Made by a program: the position numbers and the translations under genes. Shown here piece after piece: positions 1 to 9,804 of a stretch of 64,000 bases of DNA (position 1 is the stretch's first letter; every line of letters starts with the position of its first letter). The notes under the pieces are model-generated. The model worked only from the letters and a program-made list of their open reading frames with translations. It was not told where the DNA came from and searched no databases. Source of the stretch: Balneolaceae bacterium UBA2956 (lineage in GTDB: Bacteria; Bacteroidota; Rhodothermia; Balneolales; Balneolaceae); assembly GCA_002348545.1 (NCBI GenBank), contig DEBM01000013.1:52345-116344 (forward strand), written 5' to 3'.

Positions 1-1074
1 AAGTGGGCTCTGAGCATAATTTTTAATTTTTTGGGCTATATGACGCCCTTCCTGTGCATTTAATACTTTTTCATATTTTGTTTTAATTCCAAGCCCTCTT
101 CTTGAAACATAAGAATTGAGCAACTCATGCTCATGCTTATTCCAAGATCGCTCATCCTGGCCTTGCTTCCATAATGCTGGATACTGTTTTGAGATTTGTA
201 GCGGGGTCAAACCAGAAAATATAGCATTTCGAGAATAGGGAGTAGCAGTAGGTAGAAGTGAGAAATAAAATTCGGTTTGAATATCATAATATTGGCTTAA
301 ATAACGCTCAAAAACTAACCATTGATCATAGCGCATACAGTCAATAACAAAAAACATCACACGCTTTCCTTGCTTTATTAAGGGTTCTACATAAGTAGAA
401 AGTATTCCAGGTGAGAGCAGAGGGGACTCATTTTCTATTTGGTTTCGGTCAAAAGCATCTACTAGTTCATATTTTTTAATCCACTTCAAATAGTTTTGTT
501 CCACCATTTTTCCAAACTCTCGATTAGCAGATTGAAATTGATCGTACAAAACCTGTTTTAAGGTTTCATCTCCTTGACCCAAGTCCATCATCCACTGGGT
601 TAGTTTTTTGTACACATTAATCCAATCTTGCCAGGTAGTTCGATGATGTAATAAGGCATCCATCTCTGGAAATGAACGCAAATAGCTTTGGGCCGATTTT
701 TCATTTTCTAAACGACCTCTATCGAGTATTTTTTTTACTGTTAGAAGTACTTGTGATGGATTAACCGGTTTAATTAGGTAGTCCGATATCTTTGCTCCAA
801 TTGCCTCTTCCATGATTGACTCTTCTTCACTTTTTGTAATCATAACTACAGGAACCAATGGAAACTTGGATTTAATTTGCTCCAAGGCCTGCAATCCCCC
901 AATTCCTGGCATCTGTTCATCTAGAAAAATTACATCAAATGGTTGCTCATTCATCATTGCTACCGCATCTCTACCATTGGTCACTGCAACGACTTCAAAG
1001 CCTTTTCTTTGTAAAAAAAGTATGTTGGATTGCAATTGATCTATTTCGTCATCTGCCCATAATATACTTGGCAT
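1..1074 (-). CDS. porX: PorX-like T9SS response regulator (CheY receiver + PglZ domain). The N-terminal 358 codons are present and the 3' end lies beyond the window.
   Basis: It is absent from the ORF track because it runs off the left edge. The reverse-strand ATG is at 1072-1074 and the frame stays open to base 1. The translation [34 protein letters not shown]...[12 protein letters not shown]...ISDYLIKP is a receiver domain. It is followed by [12 protein letters not shown]...[13 protein letters not shown], which is PglZ / alkaline-phosphatase-like. Confidence 0.8.
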   Translation of the reverse strand, partial: MPSILWADDEIDQLQSNILFLQRKGFEVVAVTNGRDAVAMMNEQPFDVIFLDEQMPGIGGLQALEQIKSKFPLVPVVMITKSEEESIMEEAIGAKISDYLIKPVNPSQVLLTVKKILDRGRLENEKSAQSYLRSFPEMDALLHHRTTWQDWINVYKKLTQWMMDLGQGDETLKQVLYDQFQSANREFGKMVEQNYLKWIKKYELVDAFDRNQIENESPLLSPGILSTYVEPLIKQGKRVMFFVIDCMRYDQWLVFERYLSQYYDIQTEFYFSLLPTATPYSRNAIFSGLTPLQISKQYPALWKQGQDERSWNKHEHELLNSYVSRRGLGIKTKYEKVLNAQEGRHIAQKIKNYAQSPL

Positions 1075-1269
1075 TGTATAGCGGATTAATGAATGGTTAT
1101 TATGCTAAGCAATATACTAAAACCCTAGAAGGCTATGCAGTCCAATAATTCGAAATCAATAGCATTCCAAATCATTCCATACCTAATTTAATATAGAGGT
1201 GTCTTTTTTAATTTTTCCCATTGTTTTTTTGAAGCTTAATTTTTTATCCAACTAGCGCTATATTTAATT

Positions 1270-2148
1270 ATGTCACCATCCACTAGAACGATTAACCCTA
1301 TCATACAAAGCCATTGCTTTGACTATAATGGAACTAAATTAGCTTGGGAACGTATAAGCATTATTCATTCCAATCATTCAACTGCTGGTTCGCCCAATGC
1401 TTTACTACATCCACTAATTATTTTACATGGTTGGGGTGCAAGTAAAAAAATAATGCGACCCCTTGGGCGGACTTTAGCATTGCATCATGATTGTTACATA
1501 ATAGATTTAGCAGGGTTTGGAGAATCATCAAAACCCCCAGTCGCTTGGAAAATTGATGACTACGTAGACAGTATAAAGGCTTGGATCGAACACATTGGAC
1601 TAGACACATTTGATATTTTAGCTCACTCTTTTGGGGGTCGTATTACCTTAAAATTACTTACTCAGACATGGTCCAAAGAACATGTAAAAAAAGTATTGAT
1701 TACGGGTGGTGCTGGGATGAAACCACAGCGCAGTGCAAAATTTTACGCCAAAAAATATACCGCTAAAAGCCTTAAAGTGCCCTTCAGGCTACTTCCTGAA
1801 CCCCTGAAGTCCAAAGGTTTGAACTGGCTTCGAGCTACATCTGCCTGGAAATCTTTAGGTTCTAGCGACTATGCGATCTTGAATGGTGTTATGCGCGAAA
1901 CTTTTGTTCTTTCAGTTGAGGAATATTTAGAACCTACTCTACCAAATATTTCTCATTCCGTACTCTTACTCTGGGGTAAAAACGACGACGCCACACCACT
2001 ATATCAAGCTAAGAGGATGGAAAAAGGTATAACCGAAGCTGCTTTAGTCGTTATGAATGACTGCGGGCATTATGCTTTTTTAGATAAACCCAAACAATTC
2101 GCTGTTATTGCCGAAGCGTATCTGAAACCAATTGATCAAAAAGATTAA
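1270..2148 (+). CDS. alpha/beta-fold hydrolase
   Basis: 292-aa ORF with an HGWGAS oxyanion-type motif, the nucleophile elbow AHSFGG, and a late GHYAFLDKP His region typical of alpha/beta hydrolases. Confidence 0.8.
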   Translation: MSPSTRTINPIIQSHCFDYNGTKLAWERISIIHSNHSTAGSPNALLHPLIILHGWGASKKIMRPLGRTLALHHDCYIIDLAGFGESSKPPVAWKIDDYVDSIKAWIEHIGLDTFDILAHSFGGRITLKLLTQTWSKEHVKKVLITGGAGMKPQRSAKFYAKKYTAKSLKVPFRLLPEPLKSKGLNWLRATSAWKSLGSSDYAILNGVMRETFVLSVEEYLEPTLPNISHSVLLLWGKNDDATPLYQAKRMEKGITEAALVVMNDCGHYAFLDKPKQFAVIAEAYLKPIDQKD

Positions 2149-2640
2149 AACTGAGTCCTAGCGTTGGAAATTGGAGGCTCTTACTTACTAATGCAATAGC
2201 TTGATTTTGCAAGATAACGCCTGAATTATCACCGTTCTTAACATAGATAGGATCATTATAAATTGGATATCCTGAATAGGATAAATATAAACGGATTTGA
2301 TGGGTTCTTCCAGTTATAGGTTGGCACTCTATCAGTGTATCTTGTCCCTCTTGACGTAAAAAAGTGCATGAGGTTTGGGCAGTAAAGGCTGCTTCTAAAT
2401 TAGCCCCGCATTCAAATACAAATCCGTTCTACGAATAGAGGCATTTCAGGTCTTCTTCGTTTTCATCTGGGTATCCTTGCACCCGCGCCCAGTAGATTTT
2501 TTTCACCTTAGATTCTTCAAAGACTTTACTACAAGCCCGTGCCCAACGCTGCGCACCGCCGTATGATGAGTATAAGGGTAAGACGACACCAAACGTATTT
2601 TACGCGAAACCATCATATTCGATATGAACTTGCGCTTATT
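2105..2640 (-). pseudogene. Decayed RluA-family pseudouridine synthase remnant
   Basis: One reverse-strand frame reads [75 protein letters not shown]...[28 protein letters not shown]...SLQFP. It has an in-frame TAA at 2600-2602 and an in-frame TAG at 2429-2431. There is no ATG, and the HRLD catalytic-Asp segment appears deleted. The [12 protein letters not shown]-type motif is characteristic of RluA/RsuA synthases. Confidence 0.6.
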
Positions 2641-2714
2641 CATCGCTAGTTATGCTATGTTAGAAAGGTGTTCAAACCATCAAGAAAGGAATCTATTAAG
2701 CTCTTCCACTTTTT

Positions 2715-3662
2715 TTAATCCTTATTTCGCTCTTTAAAATCTTCTTCAAAGTAGTTGTACCACTTTTTGAAGGGTTGGAAAGCTTGGTCTGGATCAAAAG
2801 GCCTCCTGTATTCACTTTTTTTACATTCCTCACTACAGCAACCCTCCATCAATTGAACTCCCACTTCAGAACAAATAAACAATTTATTACACTCCATATT
2901 AGCACAGTTAACATAACTGTCAGCCGGTTTCCCTGTAATTTCGCAGCTAGCAATCGGTGCTAGATCTTTAGGATTAACAGACACAACAAGTCGATCATCA
3001 AATACAAAACACTTTCCTAGGAAATGTTCCCCCATTTCTTTCTGCGCATAGTTTAAGATTCCTCCATGCAATTGGTTTACATCCTGCCAACCTTCTTTTT
3101 TCATAAGTACCGAAAACTTTTCACAACGAATACCCCCCGTACAGTACATAAGTACTTTTTTGTCCTTGGGTATGTCGGCTGTTTTTAACCAATCTGGAAA
3201 TTCATAAAAGTTTTTAACATCGGGTCTTATCGCCCCTTTAAAGTGACCCACTTTAGATTCGTAGTTATTACGCACATCTATAATCACATGATCTTCATCG
3301 GATTCAAGTACAGCTCGCCACTCGTGTGGGTTTAGGTATTTCCCCCCCTTCTTTGGATCCACTCCATCTATATGTAAGGAGACTATTTCTTTTCTTACTT
3401 TACAAATTAACTTTGCAAAAGGTATCTGATCATAGGACTCCTGTTTAAATTCTGTTTTATCGAAGCCAGGTTGAGCCCACACATACTGTTTATATGCTTC
3501 AATTTGTTGAGAACTCCCGGAAACAGTGCCATTTAAGCCTTCGTTTGAAATATAAATACGACCTTTAAGGCCTAATTCTTTACATTTAATCTTATGCACT
3601 TTGCAAAATTCCTCAGGCGATAATATTTCATGAAAATGGTAATAGAGTACAACTTCATACAT
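2715..3662 (-). CDS. trhO: rhodanese-domain tRNA uridine(34) hydroxylase TrhO (UPF0176/YceA family)
   Basis: The motifs VVLYYHF, GRIYISNEGLNGTVSG and the rhodanese active-site loop CTGGIRCEK are present, with a Cys-rich C-terminal tail. The track ORF extends to 3749. I prefer an internal Met (3662, or alternatively 3686) because the longer form overlaps the divergent gene. Confidence 0.8.
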   Translation of the reverse strand: MYEVVLYYHFHEILSPEEFCKVHKIKCKELGLKGRIYISNEGLNGTVSGSSQQIEAYKQYVWAQPGFDKTEFKQESYDQIPFAKLICKVRKEIVSLHIDGVDPKKGGKYLNPHEWRAVLESDEDHVIIDVRNNYESKVGHFKGAIRPDVKNFYEFPDWLKTADIPKDKKVLMYCTGGIRCEKFSVLMKKEGWQDVNQLHGGILNYAQKEMGEHFLGKCFVFDDRLVVSVNPKDLAPIASCEITGKPADSYVNCANMECNKLFICSEVGVQLMEGCCSEECKKSEYRRPFDPDQAFQPFKKWYNYFEEDFKERNKD

Positions 3663-3728
3663 AATTTGTAACTTAGGTAATTCCATTAGAGCCATAAAGA
3701 TAACCATAATATAGAAGATAGCACCACC

Positions 3729-5501
3729 TTGGGATACAAAAAAATCCACACTTTTTTAATACGTCCACTTTGGTTTGTTTTTCTTTTCAAGTTCGTTGGT
3801 CTTGGATTTATTGGTCTTAGTATACCCACCGCTGCCCAAACTATTACAGAATATGTCTCATACGGCGATTCCTCTAAAAGGCCCCTGCTACCAAGGGATT
3901 CACTTACCAAATGTCTAACCCCATTTCTTAAAAACGACTCGTTAGCTACCCTACGATTTGGGCATCAGTCTGATAAATGGCAAACCCCTATAACTGGTGA
4001 CATATCCACAAACCAGAGACAAGTATATCTCTCTAAATCAGGTAAATTTAGCATTCACTATTTTACAGAGGGTGTGGATGCTGTGCTCAATGGTGATGCT
4101 AATAAAAATGGAATTCCTGACTATGTCGAATGGACTGCTGAATCCGCGGATTCCTCGTATCAACTTCAAATCAACGAATTAGGGTACCCAGATCCTATAC
4201 CCAGCGGTACTAGCTACGATATATACTTAAAGGATTTATCTTCTTATGGGGCTTACGGGTTAACAAACACCTCACGAAGCGGTATATTTTCCTGCGGAGC
4301 TAATTCGACAAGTACCTGTATATACAGTGAGAATGACTTTATAGGATATCCAGCAAATGACAGTAAAAATCAAGCGAAAGGAGCTCTTCAAGTTACCATT
4401 GCCCATGAATTCAAACATGCTATTCAATATATCCAAAATAAATGGGAAGGTGAAACAGATCAGTGGGCAGAAATGGACGCAACGCTCATGGAAGAAATAG
4501 TCTATGATAATGTGAACGATTACTACAACTACATCGATAATTTTTCAACGGATCTTTTTTCAGAAGCTCATAGAAGCTTAATTCCTGGTTCTTATGAAGA
4601 CATCACTTTCGCACTTTATTTCCATGAAGCCATAGGTTCGGATTTTTGGCCTTTGTCTTGGAAATTAATTGCTGAGGACCCACAAATTTCTTTCCTTCAA
4701 GCGGCAAAGCAAACCCTAGAAATAAATAATAAATCTTGGAAGCGAACCTTATTGCAGGCCTACGCATACCATTATACCTCAGGAAAAAACAACATTTATC
4801 CATCATTTGGTTTCGAGGAAAGTACCTTTTATCCAAATCCCTACATTACTAAAACCCTTACTGATTTTGCCACTGGATTAGAAGTATCAGTTCCTGACCC
4901 CGTTTTAGATGCTCAGATAGAGGGAAAAATTACGGGTGTTTTAAACCGAATGTCTAGCCGTTACTACGAAGTTATTGCCGAAGATGTCCCTGGAAGTTTT
5001 GTCCGCATTCATTCAATGGTTGATGATGCAGCTATAGCCGTCGGTATACTCGCTTTTCTGGATGATGGGACTACCATTTATCAAGCATTGAATAACGAAT
5101 CAACCATAGGTTCATGGATTGAATATCGACTTACAATTAACTGGGATGACATCCAAAAACTTGGGATTGTCGTACACAACAGCAATGACCAGACAAATGG
5201 ACTTTTTGAACTTGTATTTAGTGATTACACGCTTGGAGAGCACATTGTAGTGAATCAAAATTATCCAAATCCCGCCTCTGATCAAACTACTATCGAATTA
5301 TTACTTCCGAATAGAACCGAATTAAGTATCGATGTATTTGATTTATTGGGTAGGCATATCTTGACTGTTTTTAGAGGTCGCGCTAATGCAGGTTTGCAAC
5401 AATTCTCTTTAAACCTTTATAGTCTTTCAGTTGGCACTTATGTGTTTAGAGTCCGCACAGCAAATCAAAGTTCTTCTAAATTAATGACTGTAATCCGATA
5501 A
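3729..5501 (+). CDS. secreted putative zinc metalloprotease (HExxH) with a T9SS C-terminal sorting domain
   Basis: The start is TTG and the N-terminus is a signal-like hydrophobic stretch ending in AAQ. The HExxH motif is TIAHEFKHAIQY. The C-terminal roughly 80 aa (NQNYPNPASDQTTIELLLP...VGTYVFRVRT...KLMTVIR) match the Por_Secre_tail pattern. Confidence 0.7.
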   Translation: MGYKKIHTFLIRPLWFVFLFKFVGLGFIGLSIPTAAQTITEYVSYGDSSKRPLLPRDSLTKCLTPFLKNDSLATLRFGHQSDKWQTPITGDISTNQRQVYLSKSGKFSIHYFTEGVDAVLNGDANKNGIPDYVEWTAESADSSYQLQINELGYPDPIPSGTSYDIYLKDLSSYGAYGLTNTSRSGIFSCGANSTSTCIYSENDFIGYPANDSKNQAKGALQVTIAHEFKHAIQYIQNKWEGETDQWAEMDATLMEEIVYDNVNDYYNYIDNFSTDLFSEAHRSLIPGSYEDITFALYFHEAIGSDFWPLSWKLIAEDPQISFLQAAKQTLEINNKSWKRTLLQAYAYHYTSGKNNIYPSFGFEESTFYPNPYITKTLTDFATGLEVSVPDPVLDAQIEGKITGVLNRMSSRYYEVIAEDVPGSFVRIHSMVDDAAIAVGILAFLDDGTTIYQALNNESTIGSWIEYRLTINWDDIQKLGIVVHNSNDQTNGLFELVFSDYTLGEHIVVNQNYPNPASDQTTIELLLPNRTELSIDVFDLLGRHILTVFRGRANAGLQQFSLNLYSLSVGTYVFRVRTANQSSSKLMTVIR

Positions 5502-5647
5502 ATTCATATCGTATCATGGCGTTTTTTATGTGAATTGTTTCATTTTTAAAATAAATCGGGTATACTTTTACAGTGATCATCTACTTGTATAACAGCCGTA
5601 TCATCGTGGCTATCAAAAAATGATGGAAAAAATAAATTTGCACTACT

Positions 5648-5932
5648 ATGAACAAAGCACGTCTAGTCAGTGAATTGAGTAAGCAACTATCTCTATCAAA
5701 AAATGATACAGAAAAACGATTAAATTATTTTGTTGATCTAATTTGTGAGGAATTAGAACAACAAAATGCCTTTCAACTTCCTGGCTTAGGGCAATTTGAA
5801 ACCCGTGAACGAGCCGCTTATATAGCTTATAATCCGCATTACCAGAAGAAAATGCGAGTACCCCCAAAGATTATCGTACGATTTACTCCCACCAGAGCGA
5901 TTAAGGATGAACTAAAGGGGTCTGGATTATGA
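5648..5932 (+). CDS. HU/IHF-family DNA-binding protein
   Basis: 94 aa. MNKARLVSELSKQLSLSKNDTEKRL...LPGLGQFETRERAAYIAYNP...PPKIIVRFTP fits the HU fold, with two helices followed by a beta-arm containing NP and P. Confidence 0.8.
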   Translation: MNKARLVSELSKQLSLSKNDTEKRLNYFVDLICEELEQQNAFQLPGLGQFETRERAAYIAYNPHYQKKMRVPPKIIVRFTPTRAIKDELKGSGL

Positions 5933-7338
5933 GGTTTAAACGAAATGGAAGTGAGCTTATTGAATTGTTTGCTATAAAAGCCGGTATTAATCTAACCCAG
6001 GCTAAATCATTCATACAAGCATTATCTGAGACAGTTACCGAAGTGGCCATCAGTGAAGGTAAAGCAACAATTTCTGGATTTGGACGATTTACTATTTCAG
6101 AGGTAGCCGATCGAGAAGGAACACAACCAGGCACAGGTGAAAGCATTATAATCCCTGCTCATAAACGTATGTACTTTACTCCTTACAAAAGACTAGCAGA
6201 TGTAGTCAATAAGAAAAATATCCAAATAAAAAATACAGAGCTTAATACAGTTACAAATACTCAGATGGAAAAAAATAACAACTCTTTTTCTGAAAATTTA
6301 GATGAAGTTGATTCACAAGAAAAAGCTGCATTATTGGATGAATTAGAACTAATAATCCTTCAAAAAAAGAAGCATATGATGAGTGCGTCTATAGATATTC
6401 GTGTTGAAGATGAATACTCTGCGGAACAAAAGGAACAAAATCAAAGAGAAGAGAATGGAAAAAAACTTCCTAAAGAGATCACCTCACAAGACAACATTAC
6501 TACTATTGATCCAAGCCATCAACAGATTACAAAAGAAAGTACTTTTACCAATATTGAAAGCACAAGCAGTCCAAAAAAATATATACCTGTCGATGAGGAT
6601 ATACTTAAAGATTTCATTCAGACAATGGATGAACTCAAAACAGCTATAAAAAATATTGACTCAAAATCAGATCGAGAAAAATCTAAATCGAATGACACAA
6701 TTACCATTAATAAAAAAATATTTATCTCAAGTAGCTTAATAGGGGTCTTTTTACTTCTTGTGAGTAGTTTTTTGATTGGAACTACAGTAAATCAATTCTT
6801 TAGCGCAGGATCAACAGATAATGTAAATAATTTAAGTCAACAATCAATTCAAACTAATTCAACTACTACTATACAAGGTCAACCGATCCAAGCCAAGGGT
6901 ATTGAGCGTACAGAATTAGCTACTAAAGAAGCACAAAGAACAAATTATTCAAACGCTAATTTTACTGACAAGTCGAAAAATATGACCAATCCTTCAGCTG
7001 CTAGTCCCGCATCTTCCGGCTTTTCTACCACAAGGAGTGTACGCTTCAACAGCGAAACAGGACTCTATAATATGGCAAAAGAAATTTATGGTAACCCACG
7101 GCTCTGGGTTTTACTGTTTGAGGAAAATTTTAACACCAATCAAAACCCTGATGACATTGAAGACGGTACCCCATTAACCATCCCAGTTATAGCTACACCT
7201 AGCTCATTGAACCGACTTGAAAAAGAGCGTCTACGCATTGCCTTACTCCATGTAGCCCAAGCATACGAAAATGCAGGGAAAAGAGATTTAGCCCAGAACT
7301 ACCGTAGTGCGACAGTATATTACCTAAACACCATGTAA
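5929..7338 (+). CDS. HU-like domain fused to a low-complexity linker, one TM helix and a C-terminal LysM-like domain
   Basis: The ATG overlaps the upstream TGA (ATGA at 5929-5932). The N-terminus ELIELFAIKAGINLTQAKSFIQALSE...GFGRFTISEVADREGTQPGTGESIIIPAHKRMYFTP is HU-like. The TM segment is IFISSSLIGVFLLLVSSFLIGTTV. The C-terminus LYNMAKEIYGNPRLWVLLFEEN...DGTPLTIP is LysM-like. Confidence 0.65.
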   Translation: MRFKRNGSELIELFAIKAGINLTQAKSFIQALSETVTEVAISEGKATISGFGRFTISEVADREGTQPGTGESIIIPAHKRMYFTPYKRLADVVNKKNIQIKNTELNTVTNTQMEKNNNSFSENLDEVDSQEKAALLDELELIILQKKKHMMSASIDIRVEDEYSAEQKEQNQREENGKKLPKEITSQDNITTIDPSHQQITKESTFTNIESTSSPKKYIPVDEDILKDFIQTMDELKTAIKNIDSKSDREKSKSNDTITINKKIFISSSLIGVFLLLVSSFLIGTTVNQFFSAGSTDNVNNLSQQSIQTNSTTTIQGQPIQAKGIERTELATKEAQRTNYSNANFTDKSKNMTNPSAASPASSGFSTTRSVRFNSETGLYNMAKEIYGNPRLWVLLFEENFNTNQNPDDIEDGTPLTIPVIATPSSLNRLEKERLRIALLHVAQAYENAGKRDLAQNYRSATVYYLNTM

Positions 7339-7354
7339 TAACTGAAGGTATATT

Positions 7355-8566
7355 TTAGCTTAATAAATCTAACGCTATGTAATCGGCTATTCGCACTCCG
7401 TCTGTGGTTAGGCTAAACCTATTTCCGCTTTGACTAATTTTTCCATCTTTTAATAGTTGTTTTAATCGGACATGCTGCTTGGTGTTAAAGTAATATTTAT
7501 ACAAATCTGATAAAATAGAACGATCAAATCCTTTACTCGTTCGTAACCCAAGCCATATATATTCTTCCGCTAAACTAGATTCATTGACCGGTTCAATAAG
7601 GGTTCGTATTTTTAGTTGGTAGTCATTTTTGTTATAAATGTACGACATAAGATCTTTAGGGTTAGACCATCGAAAAGCCACTTCATTTTCAGATGAAAAA
7701 CCTTTAAAAAAGCCCCCTTGTATGCCAATTAATCTTTTTTTCTCTACGGATGATTTTGGCCACCAAAAAGAGTGAGCTCCTGGGCCCAGGCCAATATAAT
7801 TTCCATGATTCCAATAAATTTGATTATGCTTTGCCTGAAACCCATCTTTTGCAAAACTACTAACTTCATAACGATAGAGACTGTAGTTCTTCAACGATTC
7901 CGCCAATAGGTCCATTTGATCAACCACATGATCATCACCAGCTAGCTTCACCTTACCTAACTCTACTTGCTTTGCCAAACGTGTATTATGTTCAATGGTG
8001 AGGGCATATGCTGAAATATGAGGGGGATTAAACTCCATAAGCTGATCAATATCCTCTTGTAATTCGGATTTGGTTTGATTAGGCTGGCCATAAATCAGAT
8101 CAACGGTATAATTTTTAAACGATGACGCCACTATATCATCTAATGCTTGTAACGCTTGCTCTCGATTGTGCGCTCGATTCATAAAACTTAAGCTTTTCTC
8201 AGAAAAACTCTGAACCCCCATACTTATGCGATCAAACCCAAAAGCCTTTAACGACATTAGATAATCCGGAGTCACATTATCGGGATTCATTTCAATGGTT
8301 AACTCGTCAACTTCAAGCGTAAACACCCGTTGTAATTCATTCATTATGCGCCCTAATTGATCTGAGGTTAATAAAGAAGGCGTTCCTCCACCAAAATATA
8401 CGCTCCTAACCACTTCCTCGGTGAACAAGTGCCCTTCAAGCTCAGCAATTTCTATTAATAACGCACGTACAAAGTCTTCTCTCTGATCCATTTTAGTGAC
8501 AAAATAAAAATCACAATATGAACAAGCTTGCTTACAAAATGGGATATGAATATAAATTCCACTCAA
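7355..8566 (-). CDS. hemW: radical SAM heme chaperone HemW (oxygen-independent coproporphyrinogen oxidase-like)
   Basis: The N-terminus YIHIPFCKQACSYCDFY carries the CxxxCxxC radical SAM motif. GGGTPS is present and the length is 403 aa. Confidence 0.85.
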   Translation of the reverse strand: MSGIYIHIPFCKQACSYCDFYFVTKMDQREDFVRALLIEIAELEGHLFTEEVVRSVYFGGGTPSLLTSDQLGRIMNELQRVFTLEVDELTIEMNPDNVTPDYLMSLKAFGFDRISMGVQSFSEKSLSFMNRAHNREQALQALDDIVASSFKNYTVDLIYGQPNQTKSELQEDIDQLMEFNPPHISAYALTIEHNTRLAKQVELGKVKLAGDDHVVDQMDLLAESLKNYSLYRYEVSSFAKDGFQAKHNQIYWNHGNYIGLGPGAHSFWWPKSSVEKKRLIGIQGGFFKGFSSENEVAFRWSNPKDLMSYIYNKNDYQLKIRTLIEPVNESSLAEEYIWLGLRTSKGFDRSILSDLYKYYFNTKQHVRLKQLLKDGKISQSGNRFSLTTDGVRIADYIALDLLS

Positions 8567-9111
8567 GTATCACTGCAATAGAAAGGATTTTCTGTATACG
8601 AGTGCTCTCCTTTGTATACGCGACTATATTGAACATAATTTTTTGCATAATCACCAATAGATGCCCGCTCTTCCTCAATCAATGCACGCACCTGTTTCAC
8701 GGGCGCACCCATATACATATAGCCTGATTCCAAAACTTTATCCGGAGGAACCAAGGTGCCTGCAGCAACTATAACATCCGATTCTATTACACATCCGTCA
8801 AGCAAGGTTGCATTCATTCCAACCAAAACACGGCTGTAAATAGTGCACCCGTGAACTACTGCCCCATGACCTATAGTCACCTCATCAGCAATATATGTGG
8901 GGCCGTTTTTGTTCATTACATGAATGCACACATTATCCTGTATATTCGACCGATTACCAATTCGAATCTTATTTACATCACCCCGAATGGTAACATTAAA
9001 CCACACACTAGACATCTCACCTATATGAACATCACCAATAATATCCGCACTATCGGCAATAAAAGCGGATGAATTAATTGTTGGTTTGACACCTAAAAAT
9101 GCTTGTATCAT
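8563..9111 (-). CDS. gamma-class carbonic anhydrase family / hexapeptide-repeat protein
   Basis: 182 aa with left-handed beta-helix hexapeptide repeats (IGDVHIGEMSSVWFNVTIRGD...IGNRSNIQDNVCIH...IGHGAVVHGCTI). Its stop overlaps the hemW start by 4 nt. Confidence 0.8.
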   Translation of the reverse strand: MIQAFLGVKPTINSSAFIADSADIIGDVHIGEMSSVWFNVTIRGDVNKIRIGNRSNIQDNVCIHVMNKNGPTYIADEVTIGHGAVVHGCTIYSRVLVGMNATLLDGCVIESDVIVAAGTLVPPDKVLESGYMYMGAPVKQVRALIEEERASIGDYAKNYVQYSRVYKGEHSYTENPFYCSDT

Positions 9112-9161
9112 CTAGTTTTACAAGATTAATGTGCTGAGAAATGGATAAAAAGGCCTTACCC

Positions 9162-9779
9162 TTAATTTAATTCTCGGTCAATTAAAACTTTAAATCCCAT
9201 ATACGTCTGGGGATTACTTTCTATTTTTATACCATTGATGTAGAATGTAGGTGTCGAATTTACGCCCAAGCGAACACCTTCTTTACGCTGCTCCATGACA
9301 ATTTGATTCATTTCAGCAGAATTCATATCCATAGTAAATACTTCGGTATCCAAACCGATTTCTTCAGCATAGCCAATAAATAAACGTTCTGCATTACCTT
9401 TAGACCAAACTTCTTGTCCTTCAAATATTTTATCATGCATTTCTCTATACTTACCCTGCTTTCTAGCAGCTTCTGCAGAGCGAGAAGCAACATGAGCATA
9501 AGGATGCATTGATAATGGAAAATGCTTAGTCACAATACTAACTTGATTGCCATAATCTTCCTTTAATTTCTGTTCAATGGGAACAAAGAACTTGCAAGCA
9601 GGACACTGATAGTCGCTAAATTTCACAATTTGAATAGGAGCCTCTGGATTAAGATTAATCTCAGGACTATAGCCAGAAGCAGTGGTAATTTGATTGCTAC
9701 TTCGTTGCGCTTCGGACGGACCACAAGCCATTATATATAGAACTACAAAACTCAAAAATGATAGTCGATTAAAAAACAT
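9162..9779 (-). CDS. DsbA-family thiol:disulfide oxidoreductase, probable lipoprotein
   Basis: It has a lipobox-like signal (LYIMAC), a CPAC thioredoxin-fold active site, and a C-terminal STPTFYING motif typical of DsbA-like proteins. Confidence 0.7.
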   Translation of the reverse strand: MFFNRLSFLSFVVLYIMACGPSEAQRSSNQITTASGYSPEINLNPEAPIQIVKFSDYQCPACKFFVPIEQKLKEDYGNQVSIVTKHFPLSMHPYAHVASRSAEAARKQGKYREMHDKIFEGQEVWSKGNAERLFIGYAEEIGLDTEVFTMDMNSAEMNQIVMEQRKEGVRLGVNSTPTFYINGIKIESNPQTYMGFKVLIDRELN

Positions 9780-9804
9780 AATAGAGTTACGTTTAAATTA
9801 AAAT

